A stretch of DNA of 64,000 nucleotides from Octopus sinensis (Eukaryota): assembly GCF_006345805.1 (NCBI RefSeq), contig NC_043017.1:24738001-24802000 (forward strand), written 5' to 3'. The notes beneath the pieces were generated by a model, which was not told the origin of the DNA, made no database searches, and saw only the letters and a list, made by a program, of their open reading frames with translations. The position numbers and the translations under genes were made by a program. Of the stretch, positions 1 through 14,149 are shown in pieces. Position 1 is the stretch's first letter. Each line of letters starts with the position of its first letter.

Positions 1-501
1 ATGAATCCGCCTTTCAATGCCGTCTCCGCTCTCGTCTCTCTCTCTCTGGCTTAACGACTAGATGAGGAATCCATTAGCGAAAAATTGGACATAGAATCAG
101 TTTCTCATATATATATATATACATATATATAAAGGAGAGAGCAGACATAATGTAACATTTTAAAAACTTAATTTACAAAATGAAATTGGCAAAACGTTTT
201 AAAATGTGAGAATTTATACACACAAAATGACGTGTGGATGTATGTATGTTATATACGTACGGTACATATAGGCATTACACAACCACATTTTAATGCACGC
301 ATTTTACACAATGTCGTATATATATATAACGAGCAAATGTGCGTGGATGTATATTGGAGGATCTGTCTAGATTAATTTCATATTCAGATCGCCGACAAAA
401 TGCTTTGTTAATGGATCAAACAGAAAAGGTGGCTACAATGAAGAAAAGACAAAGGGAGAGACACCAAAATATAATATTATACAATACGTATGCCTCTCTA
501 A

Positions 502-536
<35 letters not shown>

Positions 537-1579
537 TATATGTGTGTCCTTACATATGCGTGTATGTAATACGTGAGTTACACAAAGAGAAAGTATGTAA
601 GAGAAAGAGATATACATTTGCATTACACACACGTGACAGGTAAATTAAGAATCGAGGGACGACGGCATTTCTTTGTTTTAATCTAAATTATGGGAAAATA
701 AATATTTAATAAATAAAAAAAAAAAGAATATTAAAATTACACGACATTTGGCCCCCCCCAAAACCACAATTTTATCACCACAGGTTTATTTATTTATCAC
801 TGACTTGGTATTACTTTATGGCACATTTTATTTCTTTTTCTGTCATCGACACAAGAAATGGCAAAGCCAAGTGGACTCCGGCCAGATTTGAACTTAATAA
901 AACCCCTCCTCATGAGGGACCTAACTTAAAATGTTTGCAAGGAATGATGATGATGATGAACAAGACTAATTAATCTAAAATCCTCATCCATAAGAATACC
1001 CGATTCTGTTACTGGTCTTTTATCCATTTTTGCTAAGCAAAATTTAAAATTCTAGAGATTTTCTTTCAATGTTTCTGTCCTTTCTCTCTTCAACGGAAGA
1101 TGAAACCTGCTGCCATCAAGAATAATAAGTTTCTTTTTCAAAAATGCTGAAGATTTTGGTAGAGTTTTCTTTTTTTGTATCCGATCTAATTTAATTTTAA
1201 TGATTGTTAAACTATGAAGATAGAACATTTCATTATAACCATTAAAATAAATTATATATATATATACATATATAAAATTAAAAGAATTGAAACAAAGCTT
1301 AAAATTATGTAAAATATATAAAAAGAATAAGAATTAGGGGAGAAAAAAACCCCCTTTTTTTGTATTTAAATCCTTTTCTTTCACAGTTGGAAGATTAGGA
1401 ATGATTTATTGTTAAGGAGGAAGAATAGAGAAGAAAGAAATATAACAAAGCTAGGCAATTAGAAAGTATTATGTCTCATATATTATATATATATATTTTA
1501 TGTAGGTAGGCATGATTAATGGTGTGGAATAATAATAAATAAATATTAAATACTAAATAATAAAAAAACGATGCATCTT

Positions 1580-2175
1580 TTGTTTCTCGCCAAAAAAACT
1601 CGGCTCCCCCCCCTCTGCGTGTCCTCTCCTCCACCCCGCCAAAAAGCCAACAAAAGATGTGCATGTTTGAAAAAAAAGTGTCCATCGAGTGGCTGAGAGA
1701 AAAGGGTTTACATGTCAAACGAAGCACATGGTGGCGAACCAAGTAAGTGAGTGTCGGGGGAAAGAACATGCCACACACACACACACGGGAAAGGAAAAAA
1801 CGGCTGAAAAATTTTCAAACCCCCCTCCGACTTGACGCAAGGGAAAACATGTCAACCGACACTGTAAAGCTACCGAAAGACGAACGAAGCTCTTGCCGAA
1901 CGTTTCGTCTACATTACTGTCACAACTTGCGACACTGTTAAGAGGAAATAATGCGATAAAGGTAACACATTTTCGAAAAGAAAGCAGAAAATCGTACTAA
2001 CCTTTAGATAGAGATCAAATATGGCGGCTTCTACCTTAAACTAAATTCGGTTAAAGTCGGCTGTTTTCGAGCGCCCAAAAAGTCAACCTCAATAAATTAT
2101 TCTTCGACTGTTTCCGGATATTTCCGTTCAGCAAAAGCATTCATTCGAATTACTCCGACTACTCACGGATATTTT
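1580..2175. promoter_or_regulatory. CpG-rich promoter-like region of an unidentified gene
   Basis: High CpG density, YY1-like ATGGCGGC at 2021, and donor-like motifs on both strands; no assignable CDS. Confidence 0.35.
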
Positions 2176-2219
2176 TTAATAAATAAATAAATAAATAAAA
2201 AAGATACCGCTATGGCATG

Positions 2220-2680
2220 AGAGAGAGAGAGAGGGAGGGGGAGACAGACAGAGAAAGGAAGAAAGAAAGAGGGAGACAGATAGAGAAAGAAAGAGGGAGA
2301 CAGGCAGAGAAAGGAAGGAAGAAAGAGGGAGACAGACAGAGAAAGGAAGAGAGAAAGAGGGAGGCAGATAGAGAAAGAAAGAGGGAGACAGACAGAGAAA
2401 GGAAGAAAGAAAGAGGGAGACAGACAGAGAAAGGAAGAAAGAAAGAGGGAGACAGACAGAGAAAGGAAGAAAGAAAGAGGGAGACAGACAGAGAAAGGAA
2501 GGAAGAAAGAGGGAGGCAGACAGAGAAAGGAAGAAAGAAAGAGGGAGATAGACAGAGAAAGGAAGAAAGAAAGAGGGAGACAGACAGAGAAAGAAAGAAA
2601 GAAAGAAAGAGGGAGACAGACAGAGAAAGGAAGAAAGAAAGAGGGAGACAGACAGAGAAAGGAAGAAAGAAAGAGGAGAA
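2220..2680. repeat. Purine-rich minisatellite (about 28-32-bp gagggagacagacagagaaaggaagaaagaaa units)
   Basis: Directly visible tandem units. Confidence 0.9.
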
Positions 2681-3094
2681 TAAAAGGTTCTAGTTATATT
2701 AGAATGATGGAGGAGGACAAAAACGAATGAGAGAGAGAGAGAGCATAGAACAAAAGGGTATAGAATCTGAATGAGAGAGAGAAAGGGGCAAAAAGGAGAT
2801 AGAAACAAATTGATTGTGAGAGAGAAAGATAAAAAGATATACAGATATTTAAAAAAAAAATGAAATAAAAAGAGAGCTGAAAGCTGTCTACACAATGAAA
2901 GAGATGTTACAGCTATGGAATTAGAGAAAGAAATGAACGAAAGGATTATGGCTTGAGAACGAGGAAAAGATGAAGAAAAAAGATACAATCATACAATGAG
3001 AGAAGATAAAGTGATTGTTGAGACAGAGCTGTAGAAGAAGAGAGAGAGAAGCTGAGAGATAGAGAGAAGGACAAAATGATACATGTATTGGATG

Positions 3095-3370
3095 AGAGAG
3101 GACGACGAAAAGATACAGTAATTGAATGAGAGGAGGAAAAAGATACAGTAATTCAATGAGAGGAGGAGGAAAAAGATAGAGTAATTCAATGAGAGAAGGA
3201 GAAAGATACAGTAATTCAATGAGAGGAGGAGAAAAAAGATATAGTAATTCAATGAGAGGAGGAGAAAGATACAGTAATTCAATGAGAGGAGGAGGAGAAA
3301 GATACAGTAATTCAACGAGAGGAGGAGGAAAAAGATAGAGTAATTCAATGAGAGAGGAGAAAAAAAGATA
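3095..3370. repeat. Minisatellite, about 30-33-bp unit gagaggaggagaaagatacagtaattcaat
   Basis: About 8-9 tandem copies. Confidence 0.9.
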
Positions 3371-3834
3371 TAGATATAGACTGACAGGGGGAGGAGGTGA
3401 TTTGTCACTGGAAGTTGCTAAAGGGAAAGTACTGCGTTAAAGCTACGGTATTCTCCCTTTAGTCACTAAAATGATGAGCTTCGCATTTTCCTATTTTTAA
3501 ACAAGGCACCGAGTTTATCTCTACACGTTTCGTAACACTGTCACGTGTTTTTGCTTGACTTAAAATATTTCCCTTTAGGTATTAAGATAAACATTGCTAT
3601 TTTAAAATGTTTGCCAACAGTGGCTTCGTAGTTTCGTCATAAAACTGATTTTTTAAAACTCACACACATGTATACATGTGTCTAATGAATTGTACCTGAC
3701 AATTTGAAATGTCAGGTATAATTTAAAAAAAAAATTATCCTAATCTAGGAAGAACGACTAGGATAAATCAGATTCATTACGTCAAGACTAAAATTGTATA
3801 TATCTAATCTCTCCCCTCTCTTTCTCTCGCTATA

Positions 3835-4267
3835 TCTATCGATTGATCTGTCTGTCTATCTATCCGGCTTTCTACCTGTCTGCCTGATAATCTTTCTATC
3901 TGTTTATCTGCCTGTCTATCTATCTATCTATCTATCTGTCTATCCGGCTATCTATCTATCTGCCTGCCTGTCTGACCGGCTTTCTTTCTATCTATCTATC
4001 TGTCTGTCTATCTATCTGTCTGTCTATCTATCTATCATCTATCTATCTGTCTGTCTGTCTATCTGTCTATCTATCTGTCTGTCTATCTATCTATCTGTCT
4101 ATCTATCTATCTATCAGTCTGTCTATCTATCTATCATCTATCTATCTGTCTATCTATCTATCAGTCTGTCTGTCTATCTATCTATCATCTATCTATCTGT
4201 CTGTCTGTCTATCTATCTGTCTGTCTGTCTATCTATCTGTCTGTCTGTCTATCTATCTGTCTATCTA

Positions 4268-4298
<31 letters not shown>

Positions 4299-4415
4299 GT
4301 CTATCTATCTATCTATCTATCTTCTATCTATCTGTCTATCTATCTATCATCTATCTACCTACCTACCTATCTATTTATCTACCTACCTACCTATCTACCT
4401 ACCTACCTACCTACC
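3835..4415. repeat. Compound (TCTA)n/(TCTG)n/(CCTA)n microsatellite
   Basis: Directly visible. Confidence 0.95.
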
Positions 4416-4893
4416 CCTCTCTCATCATCAGCTGCATTATCCTTTCACTTTCTACGCTCATATGGGTTACAGTGTTATTGCGTCCATCTCCAATCAGCTT
4501 TGGTTTTGTTTCTACGGTTCGGTGCCCTTTCTAATATCAACCACTTTAAAGAGAATCTTCTACCTTTTAATTGCCTCATTCATTGAACTATGACCATGCT
4601 GGTGCACTACCTTATAAGTTTTAATCGAACGAATTTACTCGAGTACTTGGTTTTTAAAACCTGGTACTTATTCTAGTGGTCTCTTTTTGGGGACATAAAC
4701 AAACCAATACCAGTTGTCAAGCAATAGTGGGGCGGGGATGGTGGCAAACACAAAAGAGACATAGACATAAACAACCTTGTCCAGACTTGTGTCTCAGAGA
4801 GGAACTTCCTTGGTGCAATCCCATGGTTATTCATGACCGAAGGGGGTCTTTACCCTTTTATCCTAGATACATTTACTTCCCAATTATGTGGTT

Positions 4894-5310
4894 AAGGCGG
4901 CGAGCTGGCAGAATCGTTAGCACGCCGGGCGACATGCTTAGCGGTATTTCGTCTGCCGTAACGTTGTGAGTTCAAATTCTGCCGAGGTCGACTTTGCCTT
5001 TCATCCTTTCGGGGTCGATAAATTAAGTACCAGTTACGCACTGGGGTCGATGCAATCGACTTAATACCTATATCAGTCCTTGTTTGTCCCCTCTATGTTT
5101 AGCCCCTTGTGGGTAGTAAAGAAATAGGTATTTTGTCTGCCGTAACGTTGTGAGTTCAAATTCCGCCGATCGACTCTGCCTTTCATCCTTTCGGGGTCGC
5201 TAAATTAAGTACCAGTTAAGCACTGGGGTCGACATAATCGACTTAATCCGTTTGTCTGTCCTTGTTTGTCCTCAATGCGTTTAGCCCCTTGTGGGTAGTA
5301 AAGAAATAAG
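4894..5310 (+). mobile_element. tRNA-derived SINE family B (Meta-domain-like core), tandem dimer
   Basis: ggcggcgagctggcagaatcgttagc head, GAGTTCAAATTC B box, gcctttcatcctttcggggtcgataaa core. Also at about 14008-14360, 28155-28385 and 61841-62041. Confidence 0.8.
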
Positions 5311-6881
5311 TACTGTGCTCTAGTGTCTGCTTTGGCATGGTTTCTACAGCTGGATGCCCTTCCTAATGTCAACCACTTTACAGAGTGTACAGGGGGATTT
5401 TTTTCTTGACACCAACACTAGTGAGGTTGTCATGCAGCGTGTAAGACTAAGGTTCCCTTCACTTGAGTGATGCTACATTAGAGAGGGAGGTGGTTCTCTA
5501 ATAGGAAATGAGAGAAGGGGCCCAGAACGGAAAAGAGGAGCTACATGGCAAATTGCATTATAATAGATGCATAATGTGTGTGTGTGTGTGAGGTGTTTTT
5601 TCTTGATACTACATAACAGTTGTAAACAAGCATCATTCATTTCCAATAAACAGGGAAACAACATGTCCGGGTCATAGGGAAATCATTGTCTTATTTGCAA
5701 CTGGTAGACATTGGCAACAAGAAGGGCATCCAGCCAGAAAATGTCTGCTTCAACAAATCCTAGTATGGAAAAGTGGACATTAAAACAATGATCACAAACG
5801 ACGACAATGGTGATGGTGATGATGATGATGTTTAGTAACTGAGTGCAATCTCAATTCACATTATTCATTATTAAATTATTGCAAGAAAAGACATAATACA
5901 ATGTTGTTACTCTTTTACTTATTTCAGTCATTTTGACTGCGGCCATGCTGGAGCACTGCCTTTAGTCAAGCAAATCGACCCCGGGACTTAATCTTTGTAA
6001 GCCCGGTGCTTATTCTATCGGTCTGTTTTGCTGAACCGCTAAGTGACGGGGACGTAAACACACCAGCATCAGTTGTCAAGCAATGCTACGGGGACAAACA
6101 CAGACACACAAACACACATATACATATATATATACATATATACAACGGGCTTCTTTCAGTTTCCATCTACCAAATCCACTCACAAGGCATTGGTCGGCCC
6201 GAGGCTATAGCAGAAGACACTTGCCCAAGATGCCACGCAGTGGGACTGAACCCGGAACCATGTGGTTGGTTAGCAAGCTACTTACCACACAGTCACTCCT
6301 GCGCCTATGAAATTTTAAAAATTGTTGACTTTCACATCTTTTTTGATGAAGCAATCATCAAAAATATTCCAGACATTTTTTTTCAGGCACAGTGCACCTT
6401 GTACAACATTTATATAATGTGTTCTTTATTTTGAGTTGGTAGGGTGAAAGTTGAAAGAGAAGTTTGGCTGCTATTTCTAGCAGATTGAAGATCTATTTGT
6501 TAAAAGTTATGTGCAGTACCGTAATCCCTTGACTATTGCAGGTGTTACATTTCAAAACCACCTGCAGCAGGTGAAAATCTACTAAGTAGAAACAGTACTA
6601 TAGTGTATTTTTAAAAATCATTTAAAAAATTTCATCATCATCATCGTCATTTAACGTCCGCTTTCCATGCTAGTTTGAATTGGACGGTTCGACCGGGGTC
6701 TGGGAAGCCAGGAGGTTGCACCTGGCTCCAGTCTGATCTGGCAGTGTTTCTACAGCTGGACGCTCTTCCTAACGTCAACCACTCCATGAGTGTAGTGGGT
6801 GCTTTTTACGTGCCACCGGCACAGGGGCCAGAGGAGGCTGGCAACAGCCACAATCGGTTGGTGCTTTTTATGTGATATTTA

Positions 6882-7316
6882 TCTCTCTCTATATAAACGG
6901 CAGTTTGTCTGTCTGTGTGTCTGTCAGGTTGTACCCTCACCCTGACCACGGCTTTCAACCGATTCTGATGAAACTTGACACACACATAGCCCAATGTCAT
7001 AATTCAAAACTAACGCAGCAAAAAGTTTGAAAAGTTCCCCCGGTTCTGAAAAAAAATTGATAAATTCGATATGGGATCGAGAAGCTTAATGTTACCCTAA
7101 GAAAGTTAATTCTGATGTTAGTTTTCCATGCAATACCTTACCATCAGAAAAAATCGATAAAATCATGCCATTTTGGGAAATCGCGTTCAAATTCAAGATG
7201 ACATTTTCGACAATATCTTTCTCAAATTGGCAGGAATTCTTTTTAAATTCACAGCGAGCATCATGTCTGCTCCAGGGGCTCTTACATACCCGGGCAATGC
7301 CGGGCTATGCTGCTAG
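6882..7316 (+). mobile_element. Non-autonomous Helitron
   Basis: A|TC 5' end; 3' hairpin cccgggcaatgccggg followed by CTAG|T. Confidence 0.75.
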
Positions 7317-7733
7317 TTTTATAATAAATGCAAAACAACACCATGGAGGAATCGACATAAGTCATTAATAATAAACTGCGAGAGGTGAACCACAATATGG
7401 CGAGGGATAACTGTAGGCCAGTTATACTTCTTCAATAACCACGAAATATCTTTTTTTTATACAATTTGTAATTATATTTAATTATAAAAATATAATCTTT
7501 TATTTTTTATCTTTTACTTGTTTCAGTCATTACATTGTGGCCATGTTGGGCACCGCCCTGAATTTTTAGTCAAATGATTTGACCCCAGTACCCTATTTTT
7601 TTTTAAAGCCTTGTACTTATTCTATCAATCTTTTTTGCCAAACTGTTAAGTTATGGGGATGCAAACACTGGTTGTCCAGTGGTAGTGGTAGTGGTGGTGG
7701 GGACAACCATAGGAAGAAAGACATCCACACATA

Positions 7734-7751
<18 letters not shown>

Positions 7752-7764
<13 letters not shown>

Positions 7765-8106
7765 AATTTAGAGGAATGACCACTAATAGTGGACAGCCTG
7801 TATGCTAGATATAGATGTCAAACTCGCCATCTACCACGAAGAATGTGTTCTCAAAAACAAAATTCAGCAAAAACCAAAGTTTAAAAATAAGACAAATGAA
7901 AATATATGAAAATAAAAAAACCATTACCTACGTACTAATTAGTTTTTTTATTTCTGTATATTTTCATTTGTCTTATTTTTAAACTTTGGTTTTTGCTGAA
8001 TTTTTTTGAGAACACATTCTTCGTGGTAAATGGCGAGTTTGACGTCTATATCTAGCATACAGGCTGTCCACTATTAGTGGTCATTCCTCTAAATTTTGTA
8101 TGTATA
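7752..8106. repeat. Long inverted repeat (arms about 165 bp, spacer about 22 bp) next to (TA)n
   Basis: tacaaaatttagaggaatgaccactaatagtggacagcc.. is the reverse complement of ..ggctgtccactattagtggtcattcctctaaattttgta. Confidence 0.9.
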
Positions 8107-8203
8107 AAATTTTTAATCTTCAGATTTTTTTAAATAATATGCTAGGCCACTGATTTTAATTGATTAATATCAATTTCTACCCTTATTTAATTTTTAAATT
8201 TTG

Positions 8204-8234
<31 letters not shown>

Positions 8235-8289
8235 AGTGAATGGAATAAATGGAGTTGAACGAAGATTGTACAGAATACCTTTTATTACA

Positions 8290-8369
8290 TTCTACACATG
8301 TTTCGAAGGCCACAAATTTCCAAATTCTGTTTAAATAAGGGTACCATATTGCGGCTTTCTCTTCAGGAA
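8290..8369 (-). ncRNA. Type I hammerhead ribozyme fold
   Basis: Minus strand: TTC CTGAAGA GAAAGCCGCAA..TTGTGGCCTTC GAAAC ATGT GTA GAA. Core intact, G10.1-C11.1 pair, 11-bp stem II with one mismatch, short stem I. Confidence 0.75.
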
Positions 8370-9409
8370 AAAAACAGGAATTCCGTTGACAGGACAAAAC
8401 AAAACAGAGGCGCAGCAATTCGAACGAAGATGCTCCTTCACTAATAATATTAAACTTCAATTATCCGCTCCAACGCACGGTTGCAACACCAAATGGTCTT
8501 ATCTCCAACCGTGCTGTTTTCCGCTGTGATTTTTGCTACCCAGGTATCGGTTAAACCTTTGAATAATCTGTTACAAGAAAATTCATCTTTCTATTTCAAC
8601 AAATATATATATATATATATATACAACTGGCTTCTTTCAGTTTCCATCTTTCAAGTCCACTCACATGGCTCTGGTTGACCCAAGGCTCTAGTAAAAAACA
8701 CTTGCCTAAGGTGCCATGTAGTGGGACTGAACCCAGAACCATGTAGTTGGGAAGTAAGCTTCTTACTACACAGCTATGCCTGAATGTCTATGAGGGTCCA
8801 ATAGAGTAAAATAGGAATCAAAAGGGTCCACAAGCCAGAAATGATTGAGAACCACAAATACTCTTTTACTTGTTTCAGTCATTTGACTGCGGCCATGCTG
8901 GAGCACCGCCTTCTAGTCGAGTAAATCGACCCCAGGACTTATTCTTTGTAAGCCTAGTACTTATTCTATCAGTCTCTTTTGCTGAACCGCTAAGTTACGG
9001 GACGTAAACACACCACCATCGGTTGTCAAGCAATGGTGGGGGGGACAAACACAGACACACAAACATATATATACATATATACAACGGGCTTCTTCCAGTT
9101 TCCGTCTACCAAATCCACTCACAAGGCTTTGGTCGGCCCAAGGCTATAGTAGAAGACACTTGCCCAAGGTGCCACGCAGTGAGAATGAACTCAGAACCAT
9201 GTGGTTGGTAAGCAAGCTACTTACCACACAGCCACTCCTGCACCTTAAGAAGATTCTTCCTTGGATCACAAAGAAATAATACTAGAAGTGTGGTTAAATA
9301 GTGAAGGCACGTGGCTTAGTGTTTTTGGGCATTCAGCTCATGATTGTAACGTTATTAGTTCAATTTCCAGCGACGTGTTGTCTTTGAGCAAGACACGTGA
9401 ATATGTTCC

Positions 9410-10765
9410 TTATGAGTGATTTCAACTTACCCAATGTCCTCAGACCATTTGCCTGACTCATTGCAAACAAGTACAGGTGGAGTCCCTGCTCAACCTCACC
9501 AATGCCTTATTCATGGAGCAAACTGTGCTCTGACCAGCCATGGAAAATAACATATTGGATCTCTGTTTCACAAACAATATGGACATTGGTCATAATGAGA
9601 AAGTGATGCCGACATTAGTTTCAGATCACAACAGAATAGAGCTGTCTGAGTATGGACCAAAAGTAGCCACAGGCATACAGACTAAAGGAAGCACCTGAAA
9701 TCTCTTCAGTCTGAACTTACACAAAGCGGATTGGAAATCGATCCAAAAAGGGATCTGCAGACAGGACTGACCAAAATGTCTCTCCACACCAGAGATTAGC
9801 ATGAAACTAGAGTATTTCATGTCTGTTATGCAAGCCATATGCTGCAAAATATGTCCAAGACCACAAGGCCAACACAAAAAGGAATGAGATTCCAAAGGAG
9901 AGGAAGATCCTCATGAGATGACAGATGAAGGTTGCGAATTGTTTCAATGAACATCCCAAAAGTAGTGAAAAGTCCCACCTAAAAACAACACTGATGGAGA
10001 CTGAAAAAAGCTTGCAACAATCTTATGTGAAGGAGAGAGCAGACAAAGAAGCCTGGGTTATAAAAAACATAAAGTCAAACCCAAAGGCCTTCTTTTGTTA
10101 TGCCAAAGAAACAGCCTCAGTATGCTGCAAAATAGGACCCTTCTTTCAGAAGGATGGCTCCCTCATAGATAACCCAACCAAGATCAGTGAAATACTGAAT
10201 GACCAGTTCAAAAGTGTCTTTACAACCCCTTTGGAACACAGACAAGTGAATGAACCAGTAGACTTCTTTGCCGCCTCACCTATAACCAGAGAGGCAGTTA
10301 TGATAGATTACGTTGACATTGGGGAAAAAGATATAATACTAGCCATAGATGAGGTGGACGGAAACTCAGCTGCTGGCCCTGATGCTTTCCCAGCAATCCT
10401 CCTTAAATTGTTCAAATGTGCCCTGGTAAAACCACTGCAAATTCTCTTCCAGAGATTTCTTGCACATGGCAAGCTGCCAAGCAAACTGAAGGAGGGAATA
10501 ATATGCCCAATCCATAAAGGAGTAAGCAGAGCAAATGCCAAAAATTATAGGCCTATCTCTCTGACTTAACCTATCAGCAAAGTCAGGGGGAAACTAATCA
10601 TATTATTTGAAGAAAATGACTTGCTGAGTGATACCCAGCATGTTTTTTGAGCTGGTAGGAGTTGTCTGACATAGTTCCTACAGCACTATGATATGACTGG
10701 GTGTTGAAGCAGTTACTCGACAACTCAAATGTGGACTTTGCAAAAGCTTTTGATAAAGTTGATCA
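9410..10765 (+). mobile_element. Second, more degraded copy of the same CR1-group LINE
   Basis: High similarity to 22440-23810; ORF 9925-10569 reads IKSNPKAFF..NYRPISLT. Confidence 0.88.
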
Positions 10766-11576
10766 GAGGTGGTTTCAGCCAGGTTGGTATCAAAAGGGTT
10801 AAACACTAAAGAGTTAATAAGATAAAGTCACCTTTTCATTATTTCATTATTAAGCTGTTGATAGGTGTTGAGCTGGCAGAATCCTTAGCACGCTTGATAA
10901 AATGCTCAGGAGCATTTCAGTTGCATCCGAGGAAATACGGGTTCAATACCTAGTATTGTTGGGGAATGAAATTCCCTTAAAACAATAGGTATATATTAAG
11001 CATATACTCTTTTACTTGTTTCAGTCATTTGACTGTGGCCATGCTGGAGCACCACTTTTAGTTGAGCAAATTGACCTCAGGACTTATTCTTTGTAAGCCT
11101 AGTATTTATTCAATCGGTCTCTTTTGCCGAACTGCTAAGTTACGGAGACGTAAACACACCAGCATCGGTTGTCAAATGATGTTGGGGGAACAAACACAGA
11201 CTCACAAACATACACACACACACACATAAACATATATATATATATATATATACATATATACGATGGGCTTCTTTCAGTTTCTGTCTACCAAAGCCACTCA
11301 CAAGGCTTTGGTCGAACCGAGGCTATAGTAGAAGACAATTGCCCAAGGTGCCATGCAGTGGGACTGAACCAGGAACCATGTGGTTGGTAAGCAAGCTACT
11401 TACCACACTGCCACTCCTGCATTTATATAGTGGGACTGAACCAGGAACCATGCGGTTGGTAAGCAAGCTACTTACCACACTGCCACTCCTGCATTTATAT
11501 AGATTATATCCAGTTAAAAGAAAATGGAGATAAGGTAGTTAACAATTATTTATAATTAACAAATTGGTCATCTTCA

Positions 11577-11673
11577 CTTCTTACAGCTGTTTCAATTAAT
11601 ACTAAATAATTTAATTACAAATTTGTAGATTAAATTTGCATTTATGTGATATGAGGATAATTTCATCAGAACT
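11577..11673 (-). ncRNA. Hammerhead ribozyme fold with weak stem I
   Basis: Minus strand: CTGATGA AATTA..TAATT GAAAC AGCT GTA. Palindromic ACAGCTGT stem III; stem I mostly lost. Confidence 0.55.
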
Positions 11674-11764
11674 TCAAGGTCTGCTGTTAATGTCTTGTTT
11701 TCATAAGTTTTGAATGAAAATCTTCTACCAAACCTTAGTCACAATCTATGTTCCTAACACGAGC

Positions 11765-11992
11765 TTAACCCTTTAGTGTTTAAACCGGCCATATCTGGCC
11801 CAAATATTCTACATGTTTTATATTCAAACTGGCAATATCTAGCCTCTCACACCTAACCTACAATGTCATTCTAAATATAAACAGTCACATCATTAAAACC
11901 TCAAAGCTATAAGGTAATGCATGATTAATTCAAAACAATTTAACTGAAAAAGTATTACATTTAACAGAGTAATCTGAACACTAAAGGGTTAA
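11765..11992. mobile_element. piggyBac-like MITE (second family) nested in another MITE
   Basis: TTAA|ccctttagtgtt .. aacactaaaggg|TTAA; related copies at about 40101-40358 and 40840-41811. Confidence 0.8.
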
Positions 11993-12251
11993 TGATAACT
12001 AAATTATTTTACTAAACTCTTTGTTATATTTAAAATTGATTGAAGGAAACACAGAGCATCTCAAAATAATATGGTAACAAAAGGATTAAACCAGCCATAT
12101 CAGGTTTGAATATTCTACCTGTTTTATGTTCAAAACCAATCTCTCATATATATCCCACAATGTCATTCAATAAATAAACATCGAAGCTACAAGATAATGC
12201 ATTATTAATTCAAATCAATGTGAATAAATAAGCAATACATTTAACTCTTTG

Positions 12252-12416
12252 CGCAGGAGTGGTAGTGTGGTAAGTAGCTTGCTTATGAACCACATGGTTC
12301 CGGGTTCAGTCCCACTGCGTGGCATCTTGGGCAAATGTCTTCTACTATAGCCTCGCGCCGACCAAAGCCTTGTGAGTGGATTTGGTAGACGGAAACTGAA
12401 AGAAGCCTGTCGTATG

Positions 12417-12457
<41 letters not shown>

Positions 12458-12680
12458 TTGTGTGTCTGTATTAGTCCCTCTAGCATTGCTTGACAACCGA
12501 TGCTGGTGTGTTTACATCCCCGTCACTTAGCGGTTCGGCAAAAAGAGACCGATAGAATAAGTACTGGGCTTACAAAGAATAAGTCCCGGGGTCGATTTGC
12601 TCGACTAAAGGCAGTGCTCCAGCATGGCCGCAGTCAAATGACTGAAACAAGTAAAAGTAAAGTAAAGTAAAAGTAAGTAA
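12252..12680 (+). mobile_element. tRNA-derived SINE family A, full-length representative copy
   Basis: A box (TGGTAGTGTGG), B box (GGTTCAGTCCC), internal (TA)n and (AAAGT)n tail. Other copies near 5908-6306(-), 8860-9243(-), 11005-11490(-), 17594-17955(-), 19303-19692(-), 20957-21348(-), 25245-25570(+), 35209-35590(+), 38791-39190(-), 46990-47388(+), 53402-53730(+) and 56879-57252(-). Confidence 0.9.
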
Positions 12681-14149
12681 CTGAGTAATCTGAATGATAA
12701 AGGGTCAAATAGATTGATTTTGTAAATAAACATGAATTTGAGACCAGATCAACAGTATATATGAATACAAAAGCATGAAAGAAACAATTATAGTCAAAAT
12801 ATTTGTTGGTCAGAAAAAGAATTAAAAATTTGGAATTTTGACTCTTTATTTGACCTACCTAACAAAACCTTCTCCCTGTGAAAATACCATAGAAGAGGTC
12901 AAGGACATTGAACAATGGACAGTCTTCTCAACTTAATCACTGGAGTGGAAAGAGAAATCATAGTAAAAAGTATTTGTTTGTTGTGAAATTTTTAGCTTCG
13001 TGGCTGTGTGGTTAGAAGTTTACTTCCCAACCACATGATTCCAGGTTCAGTTTCACTGTGTGGCACCTTGGACAAGAATCTTCTACTATAACCTTGGGCC
13101 AACCAAAGCTTTGTGAGTGGATTTGACAGATGGAAACTGAAAGAAGCCTATAGTAAAACCTGTTGTATGAGTCTGTGTGTATTTCTCCTCCACCACTGCA
13201 TGATAACCTGTGTTGGTGTGTTTATGTCCCAGTAACTTAGCAATTTGGCATAAGAAACCGACAGAATAATTACCAGGTTTAAAAAAGTCAAATATATATA
13301 TAGAGAGTCAAGACTATTGAAAAGGTTGCAAGGCGCAACGAAAATTTTAGAAAATAAAAATAAGAAATAAGTGGAAATTTTACCGGTAATTGTGTTAAAT
13401 CATAAGGCACTAAAAGAGAATGACTATCCCCAGACACAACAGAATATGCTTCAACACACGAACTCATATAAAGAATCTTGCAAACCAAATCCCAAAACGA
13501 AATTATATATATATTAGGGTCGATTTGTTCAAATAAAATTCTTCAAGGCAGTGCCCCAGCATGGCTGTAGTCTAATGACTGAGGCAAGTAAGAGATATAA
13601 GATATATTACATGTGTGATGAATTTCTGCATACCTTCCTTAAATTAAGTTCCACTCAAAGCTTTGATAGAACTTGCCCAAGGGGTCATGTAGCCGGATTG
13701 AAGTTGAAATAACGTAACTGTGTTGAGACCTGCTTAACCATCCGCAGGCGTGGCCATGTGGTAAGAAGTTTGCTTCCCAACCACATGGTTTCAGGTTCAG
13801 TCCCGGCAAGTCTCTTTCACTTTAGTCTTGGGCCAACGAAAACCGAGTGAATGGATCTTGCAGACGGAAACTGAAGCTCTGTGTATGTGTGTTTTATCGA
13901 TTTATTCGATTAAGCCCCTCGAGATGATACCCCAGCATGACCACAGTCCAATAGCTGAAACAAGTAAAAGATAAATGAAAGATACAGCAATATCTTCCAC
14001 CATGTAAAGGCGGCGAGCTGGCAGAATCGTTAGCACCCCGGACAAAATGCGTAGCCGTATTTCGTCTGTCGTTACGTTCCGAGTTCAAATTCCGCCGAGG
14101 TCGACTTAATCCCTTTGTCTGTCCTTGTTTGTCCCCTCTGTGTTTAGCC

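Noticed and set aside
3095-3370. CRISPR-like regular repeats
   Set aside because: Head-to-tail minisatellite with no unique spacers and no cas genes, in eukaryotic DNA.
2176-4534. Long ORFs of 270, 158, 139 and 246 aa
   Set aside because: Translations of mini- and microsatellites.
6006-6434. Recurrent ORFs such as ..QIHSQGIGRPEAIAEDTCPRCHAVGLNPEPCGW
   Set aside because: Antisense translations of SINE family A, not a protein family.
6960-6980. CTGATGA AAC hammerhead-like core
   Set aside because: No stem II or stem III; common Helitron-head sequence.
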